In this document: positions 1-9,425 of the stretch, one piece after another
Numbering within the stretch: the stretch's first letter is position 1
Layout of the letters: each line of letters starts with the position of its first letter
Origin: a virus
Lineage: Duplodnaviria; Caudoviricetes
Direction: 5' to 3' (one strand)
Length of the DNA: 64,000 bases
Virus record (IMG/VR): IMGVR_UViG_3300025961_000001
Location: 3,745-67,744 of that record
Translations under genes and position numbers: made by a program
The notes under the pieces: model-generated
Seen by the model: only the letters and a program-made list of their open reading frames with translations
What the model was told of the DNA's origin: nothing
The model's database searches: none

Positions 1-160
1 GACAGTTTCCAAGTTAAAACGTTACGGTTCAACCGGTTAATAAACTAAACGCACCTCGTTTCCTGTCCGGATCCAAGCCGAACCGTGCCTGCCCCGAACC
101 GGACTTGTTGAGCACGCTAAGTCTTGCGTAACCCTCGCCGTCCCACCTGCTTACGAATCG

Positions 161-226
161 TCCCTCCCCTCCCGTTCCTCCCCCGACCCACCACCGGCCC
201 ACCCCCACCACCCCCGGCTGCACCCC
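161..226. repeat. C-rich low-complexity tract (G-runs on - strand) in non-coding region
   Basis: tccctcccctcccg...cccccgacccaccacc...acccccaccaccccc...cacccc. Confidence 0.7.
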
Positions 227-363
227 TATGGTTAAAAAGAGGCCATCCGTACCTACATACAGGTGGGTAAGAAATTTATATGGAAACAGTTAGGTTAGAA
301 AATACAGTTGATGACAACATAACAATGATGTGGTGATGACATGAAAATAGTTACAGGTTGTTG

Positions 364-392
364 TTGACATGCTGATGCGTTGATGGAAAAGT
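364..392 (+). promoter_or_regulatory. sigma70-like promoter, probably giving a leaderless mRNA
   Basis: TTGACA-17 nt-AAAAGT; ATG at 401 follows 8 nt later. Confidence 0.5.
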
Positions 393-400
393 TACTTGTA

Positions 401-949
401 ATGAAAAAACTATTATCATGTCGTGTTGATGAAACATTGATGACAAAATTACTGATACGTGCGGCGGAGGATACGATCGCAACAAAAAGCAAGGTAGGGG
501 TTGGCGAAGTGATCGAGAGATTGCTTGATGCGAAGTTAACAGGTAACACTGTAGACAAAAATACCGGTAAAGATGATGACAGAGTTAAGCGTTTACAGGA
601 AGAGCTAGAGAACGCAGATAAGAACGTGCGCGAACTGATGAATCAAAAGCAGGCGTTGTTTGATGAGGTAAAGAAGCTTAGGGTAACACGAGCAGAAGAT
701 GACCCGAGTTTGGTTAAGCAAGCGGTAGAAGTGGCTACAAAGAACTGCCGAGAAGAGAACGAGCGGCTTAAGAAGAAGATCGCAGAGCTTGAGGATAAGG
801 TTAACCAGACTAATGCAGAGAAGCTAAAGGAAGAGCTTGGGGTTAAGGGAAAGCTCGTGAGTGGATCGCAGATTAGCGCGCCGATAACATCGGCCAGGAA
901 TCCGCAGGTTGGAAGTCTCGCCCGGGATGGTAAGGAGAACTTTTTATGA
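401..949 (+). CDS. Possible ribbon-helix-helix DNA-binding N-terminus plus coiled coil
   Basis: MKKLLSCRVDETLMTKL...VGEVIERLL fits an RHH pattern; heptad-rich remainder; start moved to ATG 401. Confidence 0.55.
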   Translation: MKKLLSCRVDETLMTKLLIRAAEDTIATKSKVGVGEVIERLLDAKLTGNTVDKNTGKDDDRVKRLQEELENADKNVRELMNQKQALFDEVKKLRVTRAEDDPSLVKQAVEVATKNCREENERLKKKIAELEDKVNQTNAEKLKEELGVKGKLVSGSQISAPITSARNPQVGSLARDGKENFL

Positions 950-1149
950 ACGAAATAGACTGGATTCAAAAGGATTCTAGGTGCAAATCGTTGCGCGCTG
1001 CGATTTACGCATTGGCACTAGAAAACAGAGCGCTCGAAGATAGGATAGATGAACTAGAGGATCAAATGTCCAGACTTGGAATGGAATACGAGACGCAGAT
1101 AGATAAGCTTAAAAAAGAGATCCTGAAGGCGGAGGGACGAGACCAATGA
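946..1149 (+). CDS. Hypothetical coiled-coil protein
   Basis: ATGA-coupled on both sides. Confidence 0.7.
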   Translation: MNEIDWIQKDSRCKSLRAAIYALALENRALEDRIDELEDQMSRLGMEYETQIDKLKKEILKAEGRDQ

Positions 1150-1376
1150 AAGCCTGGATTTTGATGCATTGGTTCTATCTATTTGTGGCCGCGTTTATCG
1201 TCATGGTTCTGGCTGGCCTGATTGCTGATACGACGCCTAAGAATAGCGTAGTGCATACGGTGTCAGGGCTAATTATGGCCGCGATATTCTTTCCATTGAC
1301 GGCGATCGTTGTGTACTACCAGGAGAAGAGAGATGAGGCGTATCACAGCCGCAGGAAAGGGAGACGCTACCGATGA
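1146..1376 (+). CDS. Small two-TM membrane protein
   Basis: Two hydrophobic segments, basic C-terminal tail. Confidence 0.7.
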   Translation: MKAWILMHWFYLFVAAFIVMVLAGLIADTTPKNSVVHTVSGLIMAAIFFPLTAIVVYYQEKRDEAYHSRRKGRRYR

Positions 1377-1975
1377 TAACTGACAAAGACATAATCATAG
1401 AACTCTTGCGCCAGCGGGAAGACTTGCAGGCTAAGCTAAGCGCGATTAATAGGGGTAATTTTTTATCTCTGCCGAAGCACATCCAGGATAAATTAAATAT
1501 AAAGCGATCCGACCTAAAAAAGCCAGCTGAGGAGTTTCATGAAGCCCTTAAGAGGGACTACAGGAGAATTGCTATTGAAAGTAATAACGAAGTAGTTGAT
1601 TTGAGAAAGAAGATAGAAGAACTAAAGAGTTACACCGAAGAGCTAGCAGATAAAGTATCTAAGATTACAGCAGAACGGGATAATCTTAAAAAGCAATACG
1701 AAGCACTAGAATATCAACGCGACGACCTTTCTAGCGTTCTCAAGGAGTGCAACTTTCCTGAGCTTAAGAAGCTGCTTAACGTTCCAGAAGGAGAGATACT
1801 ATCGACTCAGCTCGTAAAAAAGGTACAGGAATTGATTAGAGAAAGGGATCATTGGAAATCAATGCAGAATATGCTAGCCAAGAAAACTATAGATCTTAGA
1901 GATAAGTATGATGAGGCGTCCAAAGAGTTATTGGAACTTAGAGATAGATACGATAAACTGGTGGACGAACAATGA
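1373..1975 (+). CDS. Hypothetical coiled-coil protein
   Basis: 200 aa, heptad-rich, ATGA-coupled. Confidence 0.75.
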   Translation: MITDKDIIIELLRQREDLQAKLSAINRGNFLSLPKHIQDKLNIKRSDLKKPAEEFHEALKRDYRRIAIESNNEVVDLRKKIEELKSYTEELADKVSKITAERDNLKKQYEALEYQRDDLSSVLKECNFPELKKLLNVPEGEILSTQLVKKVQELIRERDHWKSMQNMLAKKTIDLRDKYDEASKELLELRDRYDKLVDEQ

Positions 1976-2256
1976 ACTGGTTTGTCTTCACTGTAGCCGC
2001 GTTCGCTGTCTTCCGAATTTCAGAACTAATCGTCTACGATAAGATATTCGCCTGGTTCCGCGAACTGTTCTCTGGCGTTAAGTTCATCAATGATCTAGTC
2101 ACCTGCTTTTACTGCTGCTCAATCTGGGTTGCGTTATTCGCTACTCTCTATGCTCACTATCTAGGCTACGTCGATTGGCTACACTCCTTCGGATACTTCG
2201 TAGCTCTCTCGGGTGCCGCTTGCGTGATCTACCGCGCTATACGCGAAAGGAAATAG
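1972..2256 (+). CDS. DUF1360-like membrane protein
   Basis: AVFRISELIVYDKIF..FR, LVTCFYCCSIWVA, ALSGAA signatures. Confidence 0.75.
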   Translation: MNWFVFTVAAFAVFRISELIVYDKIFAWFRELFSGVKFINDLVTCFYCCSIWVALFATLYAHYLGYVDWLHSFGYFVALSGAACVIYRAIRERK

Positions 2257-3690
2257 TTACAACCCAGCGTAACCAAGAGCCGAAGCAAACGCTTGAATCT
2301 TGTCCGAAGGAATAGCATAGATCCTTCCAACTGAATCGTAGACTCCGCCGAACTGTACTGCTAAAGCCTTACGCTTGTCGTCATCCGTCTGGGCACCGAC
2401 TGTGAACTGAGCAAAGAAACAGGTTGCGTCTCCGCCAGTCGATTTGCCGACAAGAGAGAAAACAGCCTGCATAGTACTGGATATAGTAATAGACCCTCCA
2501 CCTACTGAATAGGCTGGTCCGCTCTTTATTGGAGTAGTCTGAATCACGTTTCCATTGAGCTTTATGTCTACCTGATTTGACTGTCCCCAGTTTGCTCGGT
2601 TCGCCCACTTATACCCATAGACATACGTTCCAGCCGCGAGCGTAATCGTCTGACTAATCGATCCCTGATTCTGGATAAACGCCACCTGCCCTAGATCCTC
2701 ATTGCCGCTCGTGAAATCCGAGCCAGATCCCGTAAGCCCAGAGCCTTCGCTAAACGTCCAAGCTGAGCCTTTCGGATTGTAAACATAGGCCGTCTTTCCC
2801 ATTCCAACATTAGGCGTTTGAAAACTTGTGTCTAAAAGCGTTGTATTCATAGTGGCGTATGATCCTAAGAATTCCTTGGAAAAAAGGTCCATTGTGTTTT
2901 TAAAGTTAATCACTCCAGCCCCCTGAGTGTAGGGAGAATTAACTTTCACACATCCGCGCAAGATTAAGTCTTTGACTTCTTCACGTTGTATCGCGTAGCC
3001 AATCTTGTCTGCTTCGTAGAGTAAACGAAGCGCAATCGCGGCCACCTGAGGACAGGTAAGCGATGTATAACCATAAGCCACGCAATCCGGCTGTCTACCA
3101 TCCGGCGCTTCATGCCCAAAGTCCGCCGAACCAACCGCGATAACTTCAGGTGAATACGCTGGAAAATTCTGGAGATATCCACCAGAGTATAGCATGCCAA
3201 GATCTGGCAGCGCCGCGCAACAGACCTGATTCGTATTGTGCAAGTAATCCTTGAGCCGAGCGAATGTGTTCTGTTCAGGCGAAGTACCAGCCGGATAGCC
3301 CGTCACCGAATCCTTCGCTACGTTGTCCCCGAATGAACAGTTGATCACGATCCTAATCCCTGGATCAAGGTCATACGGCATCATAACCGGGAAGGGGTTT
3401 ACCGGCTGCGCATCCGACTTAAACCAAATCCGGCCATCACCCAAGCACGGCTTTCCTTTAAACCACGAAGAGTGTTCTACAAAAATATCTGTGCATATCT
3501 GGCCAGCAGGAGAACTAGCACCAGCCAGAAATCCTGCTACCGCCGTAGCATGCTGGCCTACGCCGAATCCAGTAGTAGGTCCAGTTGCTTCAATCTTAGC
3601 GTTAACCGTGACCGGGTTCGGCATCCAGTTATTCGCTGGCTCATTCCTAGGGCTTGCCTCGACTTGTCTGAATGCGTACCTAGTCGGCAT
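2257..3690 (-). CDS. Atypical subtilisin-like (S8) protease with C-terminal carbohydrate-binding-like beta domain
   Basis: HATAVAG (His motif), VINCSFG, FPAYSPEVIAVGS, YTSLTCPQVAA (Ser motif), QGAGVIN; C-terminal SFQTP...WTF...QVAFIQ..GSISQ domain. Confidence 0.75.
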   Translation of the reverse strand: MPTRYAFRQVEASPRNEPANNWMPNPVTVNAKIEATGPTTGFGVGQHATAVAGFLAGASSPAGQICTDIFVEHSSWFKGKPCLGDGRIWFKSDAQPVNPFPVMMPYDLDPGIRIVINCSFGDNVAKDSVTGYPAGTSPEQNTFARLKDYLHNTNQVCCAALPDLGMLYSGGYLQNFPAYSPEVIAVGSADFGHEAPDGRQPDCVAYGYTSLTCPQVAAIALRLLYEADKIGYAIQREEVKDLILRGCVKVNSPYTQGAGVINFKNTMDLFSKEFLGSYATMNTTLLDTSFQTPNVGMGKTAYVYNPKGSAWTFSEGSGLTGSGSDFTSGNEDLGQVAFIQNQGSISQTITLAAGTYVYGYKWANRANWGQSNQVDIKLNGNVIQTTPIKSGPAYSVGGGSITISSTMQAVFSLVGKSTGGDATCFFAQFTVGAQTDDDKRKALAVQFGGVYDSVGRIYAIPSDKIQAFASALGYAGL

Positions 3691-3691
3691 C

Positions 3692-4039
3692 TTATTTCCA
3701 GGCTTTTTGAAATTCCTGAATCGCGGCCACCAGAGCTTTTCCTGCTTCTGTGATCATTGGTCCATTATAGCGAAATCCCTGTGCGTCTGCTAGCGCAAAG
3801 ACCGATCTAAAGTCTTTGTGGTTCCAAATCTCTTGGTCTTTCTGTGCCATAGCAATGCTAGCGTCACAGAGCGCCTTCGCTGTAGCTTCCTTGTCTTGTG
3901 TTTTTTTCTTTTCGTCGTCTAGCGCTTTCGTGAGAACATCGACCTGAGATTGCAATGTCTCCGATCGAGTCTTCCATCCGTTCTCTGATTCTTGTTCGTC
4001 TGGTTCCATAAGTGGATTTCGGTGCGTGCTATTGATCAT
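3692..4039 (-). CDS. Hypothetical protein
   Basis: Coupled ORF in operon. Confidence 0.7.
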   Translation of the reverse strand: MINSTHRNPLMEPDEQESENGWKTRSETLQSQVDVLTKALDDEKKKTQDKEATAKALCDASIAMAQKDQEIWNHKDFRSVFALADAQGFRYNGPMITEAGKALVAAIQEFQKAWK

Positions 4040-4812
4040 GTGGGTAATAGTTTTTTTCTTACAATGTTAATGGCTTCAAAACCTTTGCTGCCGTGAAAAT
4101 AAACTGGGTGAATCTCCTGGTCCTTTAGTGGGTGATTGTTTGGATACCGCTTAGCTGAAAACAGATATTGCTCTAGGGATACTCCTTCGGGAAGTGGGTT
4201 GTGAACGCTATTGATCCGATAGTCGTTCCAAATCAATTTACTGGCGCGGGCCTTTGGCAAAATAATCGGGGCCTGATAGGTATCCCATGATCCATTCGCG
4301 TGCGTCCTAAAAAACTTGTTGTCCTTAACAAACTGTGGATCGATCAGCATGTTTCCATTGATGTGCTCGGAGTAACACCAGAACATACCCGAACTCATCC
4401 AAGCCCCAAGGATCTGCTGGCTTCCGCCGTGATGCCACTCATCATAGATCTCTTTGATCCAGGTCTTTCGTAGTGGCACGAAGTCTGGTTCCATTAGCAT
4501 GAACGCCGCGTAATCCCAACCCCTGTCTCGGTGACCTACGAATACGTCCGAGACGACCTCTCTAATCTGAGCGTTAGGACCAGCAGGCCATCCCGTCACA
4601 GCATCATTGCAGGTATGTGTGTAGACGTTAGCGAACTTCTTTTTGGCTAGCTCGACAAGGGATGGATCGTGCTTTGTTCCGTAGGCCGCGCTAAACATGA
4701 AGTCTGCGTAGGGACACACGCCGTCCTCTAGGTCTAGGATCAGCCGAGTGAGCGCAAAGGCTACGTCTCTGTCGCCAGGGGAAAACTGAAGAACTAGAAG
4801 TAGTTTTCTCAC
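4036..4812 (-). CDS. Putative GT-A-fold glycosyltransferase-like protein
   Basis: GWPAGPN, FMLMEPDFVP (ExD), HINGN, WD and FHG motifs. Confidence 0.5.
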   Translation of the reverse strand: MRKLLLVLQFSPGDRDVAFALTRLILDLEDGVCPYADFMFSAAYGTKHDPSLVELAKKKFANVYTHTCNDAVTGWPAGPNAQIREVVSDVFVGHRDRGWDYAAFMLMEPDFVPLRKTWIKEIYDEWHHGGSQQILGAWMSSGMFWCYSEHINGNMLIDPQFVKDNKFFRTHANGSWDTYQAPIILPKARASKLIWNDYRINSVHNPLPEGVSLEQYLFSAKRYPNNHPLKDQEIHPVYFHGSKGFEAINIVRKKLLPT

Positions 4813-5006
4813 TGGAGTTTAGCGATCTTACGTGATATGTCCATCTTCAACGTTCCGGCCAACATTAGACAAACCTTTAGGTCTCCTAAAGAACACGAAG
4901 CCAATTCACCAGGAACGCCGGTACTGACCGAAATAACGACATCTGGAAAATTCAAACGCAGTTCCTCCTCACACTTTTTAAACACATCTATTTGGTTTTC
5001 GGTCAT
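4809..5006 (-). CDS. Hypothetical protein
   Basis: ATGA-coupled 65 aa ORF. Confidence 0.6.
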   Translation of the reverse strand: MTENQIDVFKKCEEELRLNFPDVVISVSTGVPGELASCSLGDLKVCLMLAGTLKMDISRKIAKLQ

Positions 5007-5809
5007 GCTACGATCCTCCGTGCCATGCGCAACTGATGCTGGTAAAGTTCCCAGTGCTTTGGGTCTCTGCTTGAATGGCTCCAGAACTGGGTTACTTTGT
5101 GCGCCGTTTTTGGGTGCGACTGGATATCTGGTTTTTCGATCTCGATAAAGTTGTATAGTTTGTGGAGATCAGCATGGAAGTGAGCCCAGGCTCCAAGCGT
5201 AGGAAACTCAGCGAAGCCCTGCGGCCACGAGTTCTCCTGTTCAATGACGTACTGATTGAATGGGCACTTGTGAACATTCTCTATCTGTTCCCTCATAGAT
5301 TTATAAACTTCCCTTACGTGAACAGACGGATGACGCTGCATGGTCTCGAAGGGGAAAAACTCAACGCCAAGTCCAAGCGCCCGCACTACATTCTGCTGCC
5401 AGCGATGCTCCGCCCTACCATCCGGAAATGAGCTGTATTTCACCATTAATAGATCTGGCTTACCGTTTCGTATGTAATCCTCAGGCGTAACCGGCTCGTG
5501 AAACAAGCAATCCGAATCCATGTGCATGATGAAGTCTGCGTGCGGGCAATAAATGTCCGCGCTACAGATCATGACCTCGTGCATCAGCATGCCCTTACCC
5601 TTAAGGTCGATGTACTTCTTGACTCTGATTGGTGCGCCGTCCTTCGTGCGCCACGCTTCAAACGGAAGGAAAGAGCCTAGATCGTCCCATGGCACAATGA
5701 TTGTAACACCAGAGAAGCCGGAGGCGTACTTGGAAATGGATCGCAAGGACAGCGTGATCCACTCTAAATCAGGTAAGAAAGAAACGATTACGATCTCGGT
5801 GTTAGGCAC
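5003..5809 (-). CDS. Putative glycosyltransferase (GT-A, DUF6492-like)
   Basis: IVIVSF..D..W...SLRSI.KY, DFIMHMDSD (DxD), FAEF..LGAW, QFWSH. Confidence 0.65.
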   Translation of the reverse strand: MPNTEIVIVSFLPDLEWITLSLRSISKYASGFSGVTIIVPWDDLGSFLPFEAWRTKDGAPIRVKKYIDLKGKGMLMHEVMICSADIYCPHADFIMHMDSDCLFHEPVTPEDYIRNGKPDLLMVKYSSFPDGRAEHRWQQNVVRALGLGVEFFPFETMQRHPSVHVREVYKSMREQIENVHKCPFNQYVIEQENSWPQGFAEFPTLGAWAHFHADLHKLYNFIEIEKPDIQSHPKTAHKVTQFWSHSSRDPKHWELYQHQLRMARRIVA

Positions 5810-5814
5810 GTTCG

Positions 5815-5970
5815 TTATTTCCGTTTCTTAGGAATTTTAGCGTTCTTAGCTAGACCTTGAGCCTTGCGCGTAGCTGACGCTAGAATAGCTCCAGCACGTT
5901 CTTTAGAAATACCCTGGCGCTTAGCGATACTGGCCTGTACTTTGGCGAATCCTGGATGGGCTTTTGACAT
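5815..5970 (-). CDS. Small basic phage protein (51 aa)
   Basis: MSKAHPGFAKVQASIAKRQGISKERAGAILASATRKA...; start placed at ATG 5970. Confidence 0.7.
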   Translation of the reverse strand: MSKAHPGFAKVQASIAKRQGISKERAGAILASATRKAQGLAKNAKIPKKRK

Positions 5971-5989
5971 GGTGATTTTACTGTTTTGG

Positions 5990-6727
5990 TCAGCTAGACC
6001 GTTTGACTGTGCTTGCATAGAGAATAGGCTTGGCGTACTTGGTTTTTGGAATGCCTCCGCTCCCAAGAATCTTAAGCTCCGATAGCGTAGTCTTGTCGTA
6101 GTGTGTGTGCCGTCCGCGCTCGCCATGCACGGGATGGAACACCACTCGCCAATCGGTTAGATCAAAGTACCTGTTGCTCGGAAGCCGCTCGCGAAAATAG
6201 GCGTTAACCGTGTTGTCCCAAATGATTCGACCAATCGTAAGCTTTGTTGCCATCATGGCAGTCATTTCTTTATGGAGTACTTCCCAGATTCTCCTAGGAG
6301 CAATGAAAATATCCAGGCCGAAATCGTGAGGATCTCGCTTCGCATTGTCTAGACCTAGCAGTGGATCGTAGGTGTAGCGAAACGAAGTCGCGGCCCAGTT
6401 ACGTTTCATGTTGTGCGTTCTCACCACTTCCTCAACTAGATTGATGTCGCGGCCTAGAACAATATCCGAGTTAACGATCGCCATTGATGTCTCTGGATTG
6501 CCCTGCTTAATGGCCCAGTCTAACATCTCGTAGATCGTAGGTGGATTCTGCTGGGGCTTAACGAACTCAATCTGGAAGTTCTCCTTTAACCAAGTGTCGT
6601 TAGACGTATTGAAGTAAACTATACGACTTCCTAGTTTCTCCCAAGAATCAAGCGCCGCCAACTGAAGGTCGGCGTATTGCCGACTCTGGTTGAACGGACG
6701 AAGCGATGATAAGATGTACTCGATCAC
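5990..6727 (-). CDS. Putative glycosyltransferase-like protein
   Basis: Q..A..SW, IVNSDIVL, GLDIFI, IGRIIWDN, HPVH motifs. Confidence 0.55.
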   Translation of the reverse strand: MIEYILSSLRPFNQSRQYADLQLAALDSWEKLGSRIVYFNTSNDTWLKENFQIEFVKPQQNPPTIYEMLDWAIKQGNPETSMAIVNSDIVLGRDINLVEEVVRTHNMKRNWAATSFRYTYDPLLGLDNAKRDPHDFGLDIFIAPRRIWEVLHKEMTAMMATKLTIGRIIWDNTVNAYFRERLPSNRYFDLTDWRVVFHPVHGERGRHTHYDKTTLSELKILGSGGIPKTKYAKPILYASTVKRSS

Positions 6728-6729
6728 GA

Positions 6730-7635
6730 TCAGTAGATATAATCGCCAACGTGCCCTAGGATAAGGCTAGGATCCAAGTACGTTGGAATCCCGCAGAGCT
6801 TAGCACGGTGACACATAATCATGTCCTCTCCTTGGTCTGGAGTGTCGGCGTTGAAATAGCCATAGTGTCGGTCTGATTTTACGGGTTTAATCTGCGGGAA
6901 CAGTTCGTCGGCACGCTCACGCATCGTCTCGAAAACCGACCTATGAATACGCATCATTCCCATGCCAGCAAACCTAACCTCTTCCAGCGTATGTTCCCCG
7001 CCGGTCCTTAGAATCTCGTGATAGCGTGCGTCTTGTGATGGAGATTCAAACGCATTGGCTACTTGTGCCTTATGGCTTTCGTTCCTTCCAAAGTATAGCG
7101 CGGCTACGATCTTCTTGTCTGCTGGATGAGACATGATCCGGCTTATGGCGTTGAAGCTGGCATTAGGCTCAGGTAGATTGCATCCAATAGAACGAAGCAT
7201 TGCTCCGTTTCCGCACGGAAACACCATGTCGTCATCGACAAATATGAACCACTCGCTGTCAGTTCTAAGTGCCATATCGACTAGCATGTTCCTGGCCTCA
7301 GAGATTAGTGTTCTGAACTTAGGGAGAAATCCAATCTTTTCCGGTCCATATTGCGCGTAATTCACGAACAATGTCGCGTGCGTAAGCCCATTGTACGTAC
7401 GATAAATAGGGCTAAGAATGAGAACCCGCTTACCGGTAATATTCCAAATCTCAGGAGGCGTAATAGTAAGGAACTCATTAAGCACCATCTGTGCTGCAGA
7501 GATACTTGGCATGTTCTTACTTTTCTGCCACGCAATAGCCGTAGGCAGAGACACGCCAAAGAAGTCTGCCGCCTTGGTGGGACCAAGCTGATTGACTTTG
7601 TTGATGACTAAGCCGGCAAGATCAATAGCAGGCAT
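6730..7635 (-). CDS. Cro/CI-type HTH fused to a GT2-like glycosyltransferase
   Basis: N-terminal PTKAADFFGVSLPTAIAWQKSKNMPS; then ARN, FVDDDM, GMGMMRIHRSVF, GEDMIMC, LGHVG. Confidence 0.75.
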   Translation of the reverse strand: MPAIDLAGLVINKVNQLGPTKAADFFGVSLPTAIAWQKSKNMPSISAAQMVLNEFLTITPPEIWNITGKRVLILSPIYRTYNGLTHATLFVNYAQYGPEKIGFLPKFRTLISEARNMLVDMALRTDSEWFIFVDDDMVFPCGNGAMLRSIGCNLPEPNASFNAISRIMSHPADKKIVAALYFGRNESHKAQVANAFESPSQDARYHEILRTGGEHTLEEVRFAGMGMMRIHRSVFETMRERADELFPQIKPVKSDRHYGYFNADTPDQGEDMIMCHRAKLCGIPTYLDPSLILGHVGDYIY

Positions 7636-9095
7636 CAGAGTGAGTCGCTATCCTCGCCGCGTTCACGGGCGGTCACGGCTTTTTCAAACGCCTCTCCAAA
7701 GTCCAAATCAATCTTTCCGGTCTTACGAGGCTCTTCTGATTTACGAGAACCTGAAAGGATCGATCCTTCTTTGGGTGTAGTGCGCGTTCCGTTCTTAAGC
7801 TTAGAAAGCTCCGCTTCCAGCGCCTTAATCTTCGCGGCCTGCGCCCCGTTCTCTTTACGCAGATGATGCGCCTCTACTCCACCAAGAAGGATTTCCTTTA
7901 CCTTATCGGCCGAATTGGTCGGAGGATTTTTGATCATTGATCGAAGCTGCTTAGCGAATTCGTTGTGCTCTTCGATTTGTTTCTTCTGCTCTGCCGTAGC
8001 ACCAGCCGGTAAATCTTTATCCTTAAGCCAGTCCTTACTCTTAATCTGGGATTCGGCCCAATCCGAATACTCCTTGCGCGTTTTCTCAAGGTTGGCCTCT
8101 TGTTCCTGCTGAAACTTGGTGCGTTGCTCTTCCTGGCTCTTAAAATACTTCTCCGCTTCCGCTGTTTCTTTTTCAAAGAAACGCTTCTTCTCCGCACGAG
8201 TCATGGACTGCTGGGCCATAGCCGAACGGATCTCTTCGGCATCACCAACCGGCATGGCATTGAGCCATGTTTTTACGAGGTCTGCTGCTGTTTTTTCAAC
8301 AGTAACAATATCTCCGTTTGCATCGGATTCTTTGATCTTGTAGACCTTGTTTGATCGTGAGAACTCCGCGAAGCCTCCAGCCTTTTCGATTTCCTTTAAA
8401 GTTGGCTCGCCCAGCTGATATTTATTTAAGACTTCCTTGATCGTGCTCTCGGCCTGAACTACGGGAACTTCGAACTTAGTTTTTACCTCAGGATCAGTAT
8501 CGAGATCGTACCGCCGACGATAGCGCAGCAAATCCTTGCGCGTATTCTCCAGCTCCTCCTTCATCTTCGTAAGCTCTTCCGAGCCTTGCGTAGTCGCAGC
8601 CTTTGTCTGAAGCTCTTTAATGATAGCTTCTTTCTCGGCTAGGGTCTTGTCACGGAACTCTACCTTTTCCAGTAATTGACTGATGCGCCTAGCCGTAAGC
8701 GGCTTATCGTTTGGCGTAACCTTGAGCATGTCATCCGGCAATGGCTCAGGTTTCTGCTCCTGTTTAAGCTCGGTCTGTGCCTCTGGTTTTACCTCTTCTT
8801 TCTTCTCCTCTAGTTTCTGTTCAACCTTTGGCTCGCGCTGGCGGCGGTCTACCTTCTTTGGTTTCTCTGGTTCTTCCCCGCGCTCACGCTGGCCTTCCAT
8901 CTTTTCCGCAGCTTCTAGAAAGTCCGGCAATTCCGTGGATGGATTGCCCTTTGAGTCCAGCACTGTGTTGTTGGTAACAGCCGAGTCGTCTGGTCGCTCA
9001 ATAGGCTGAACCTGAGGTTGAGGCTTTAACGCTGCACTACGTCCATCTGCCGCACTATCGAAATCTTGGAGTTCTGGTGTGATTAAGGATGCCAT
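7635..9095 (-). CDS. Capsid scaffolding-like protein
   Basis: Acidic/Pro-rich N-terminus, long coiled coils, downstream of portal. Confidence 0.65.
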   Translation of the reverse strand: MASLITPELQDFDSAADGRSAALKPQPQVQPIERPDDSAVTNNTVLDSKGNPSTELPDFLEAAEKMEGQRERGEEPEKPKKVDRRQREPKVEQKLEEKKEEVKPEAQTELKQEQKPEPLPDDMLKVTPNDKPLTARRISQLLEKVEFRDKTLAEKEAIIKELQTKAATTQGSEELTKMKEELENTRKDLLRYRRRYDLDTDPEVKTKFEVPVVQAESTIKEVLNKYQLGEPTLKEIEKAGGFAEFSRSNKVYKIKESDANGDIVTVEKTAADLVKTWLNAMPVGDAEEIRSAMAQQSMTRAEKKRFFEKETAEAEKYFKSQEEQRTKFQQEQEANLEKTRKEYSDWAESQIKSKDWLKDKDLPAGATAEQKKQIEEHNEFAKQLRSMIKNPPTNSADKVKEILLGGVEAHHLRKENGAQAAKIKALEAELSKLKNGTRTTPKEGSILSGSRKSEEPRKTGKIDLDFGEAFEKAVTARERGEDSDSL

Positions 9096-9098
9096 AAA

Positions 9099-9359
9099 TT
9101 ATGGTTCAAGTGAGTCTGGTTTCTCTGAAGGCTCCCTCGCTGGGAGAGTTGTTAAAATGTTTTCCACATCCTCAAGCGCGGCCAAATAGCCTTTAAGTTC
9201 GATAGCTTGATGCATCATCTTTTGGACCTCATCGGCGTGTACTTTAGGGGCATGATGCCGACGTAAAAACTCTAGCCCTTCCATCAATAATCCAGAGCTA
9301 GCAAAGTCTCGGAAAGCACCTATGGTCTTCTTATCAAGAACAGGAGAGGGTTTTGCCAT
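9099..9359 (-). CDS. Small protein between portal and scaffold
   Basis: Position; helical GY.AALEDV pattern. Confidence 0.65.
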   Translation of the reverse strand: MAKPSPVLDKKTIGAFRDFASSGLLMEGLEFLRRHHAPKVHADEVQKMMHQAIELKGYLAALEDVENILTTLPAREPSEKPDSLEP

Positions 9360-9368
9360 TACTCGGCA

Positions 9369-9397
9369 AAACTGGATTCGCTAAATATTTCCGTCAA
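9369..9397 (-). promoter_or_regulatory. Putative promoter for scaffold/glycosyltransferase operon
   Basis: TTGACG-17-CAGTTT on -, ATG 9 nt later. Confidence 0.4.
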
Positions 9398-9425
9398 TGG
9401 TAAAGCTTAGAAAATAAGAAATATC

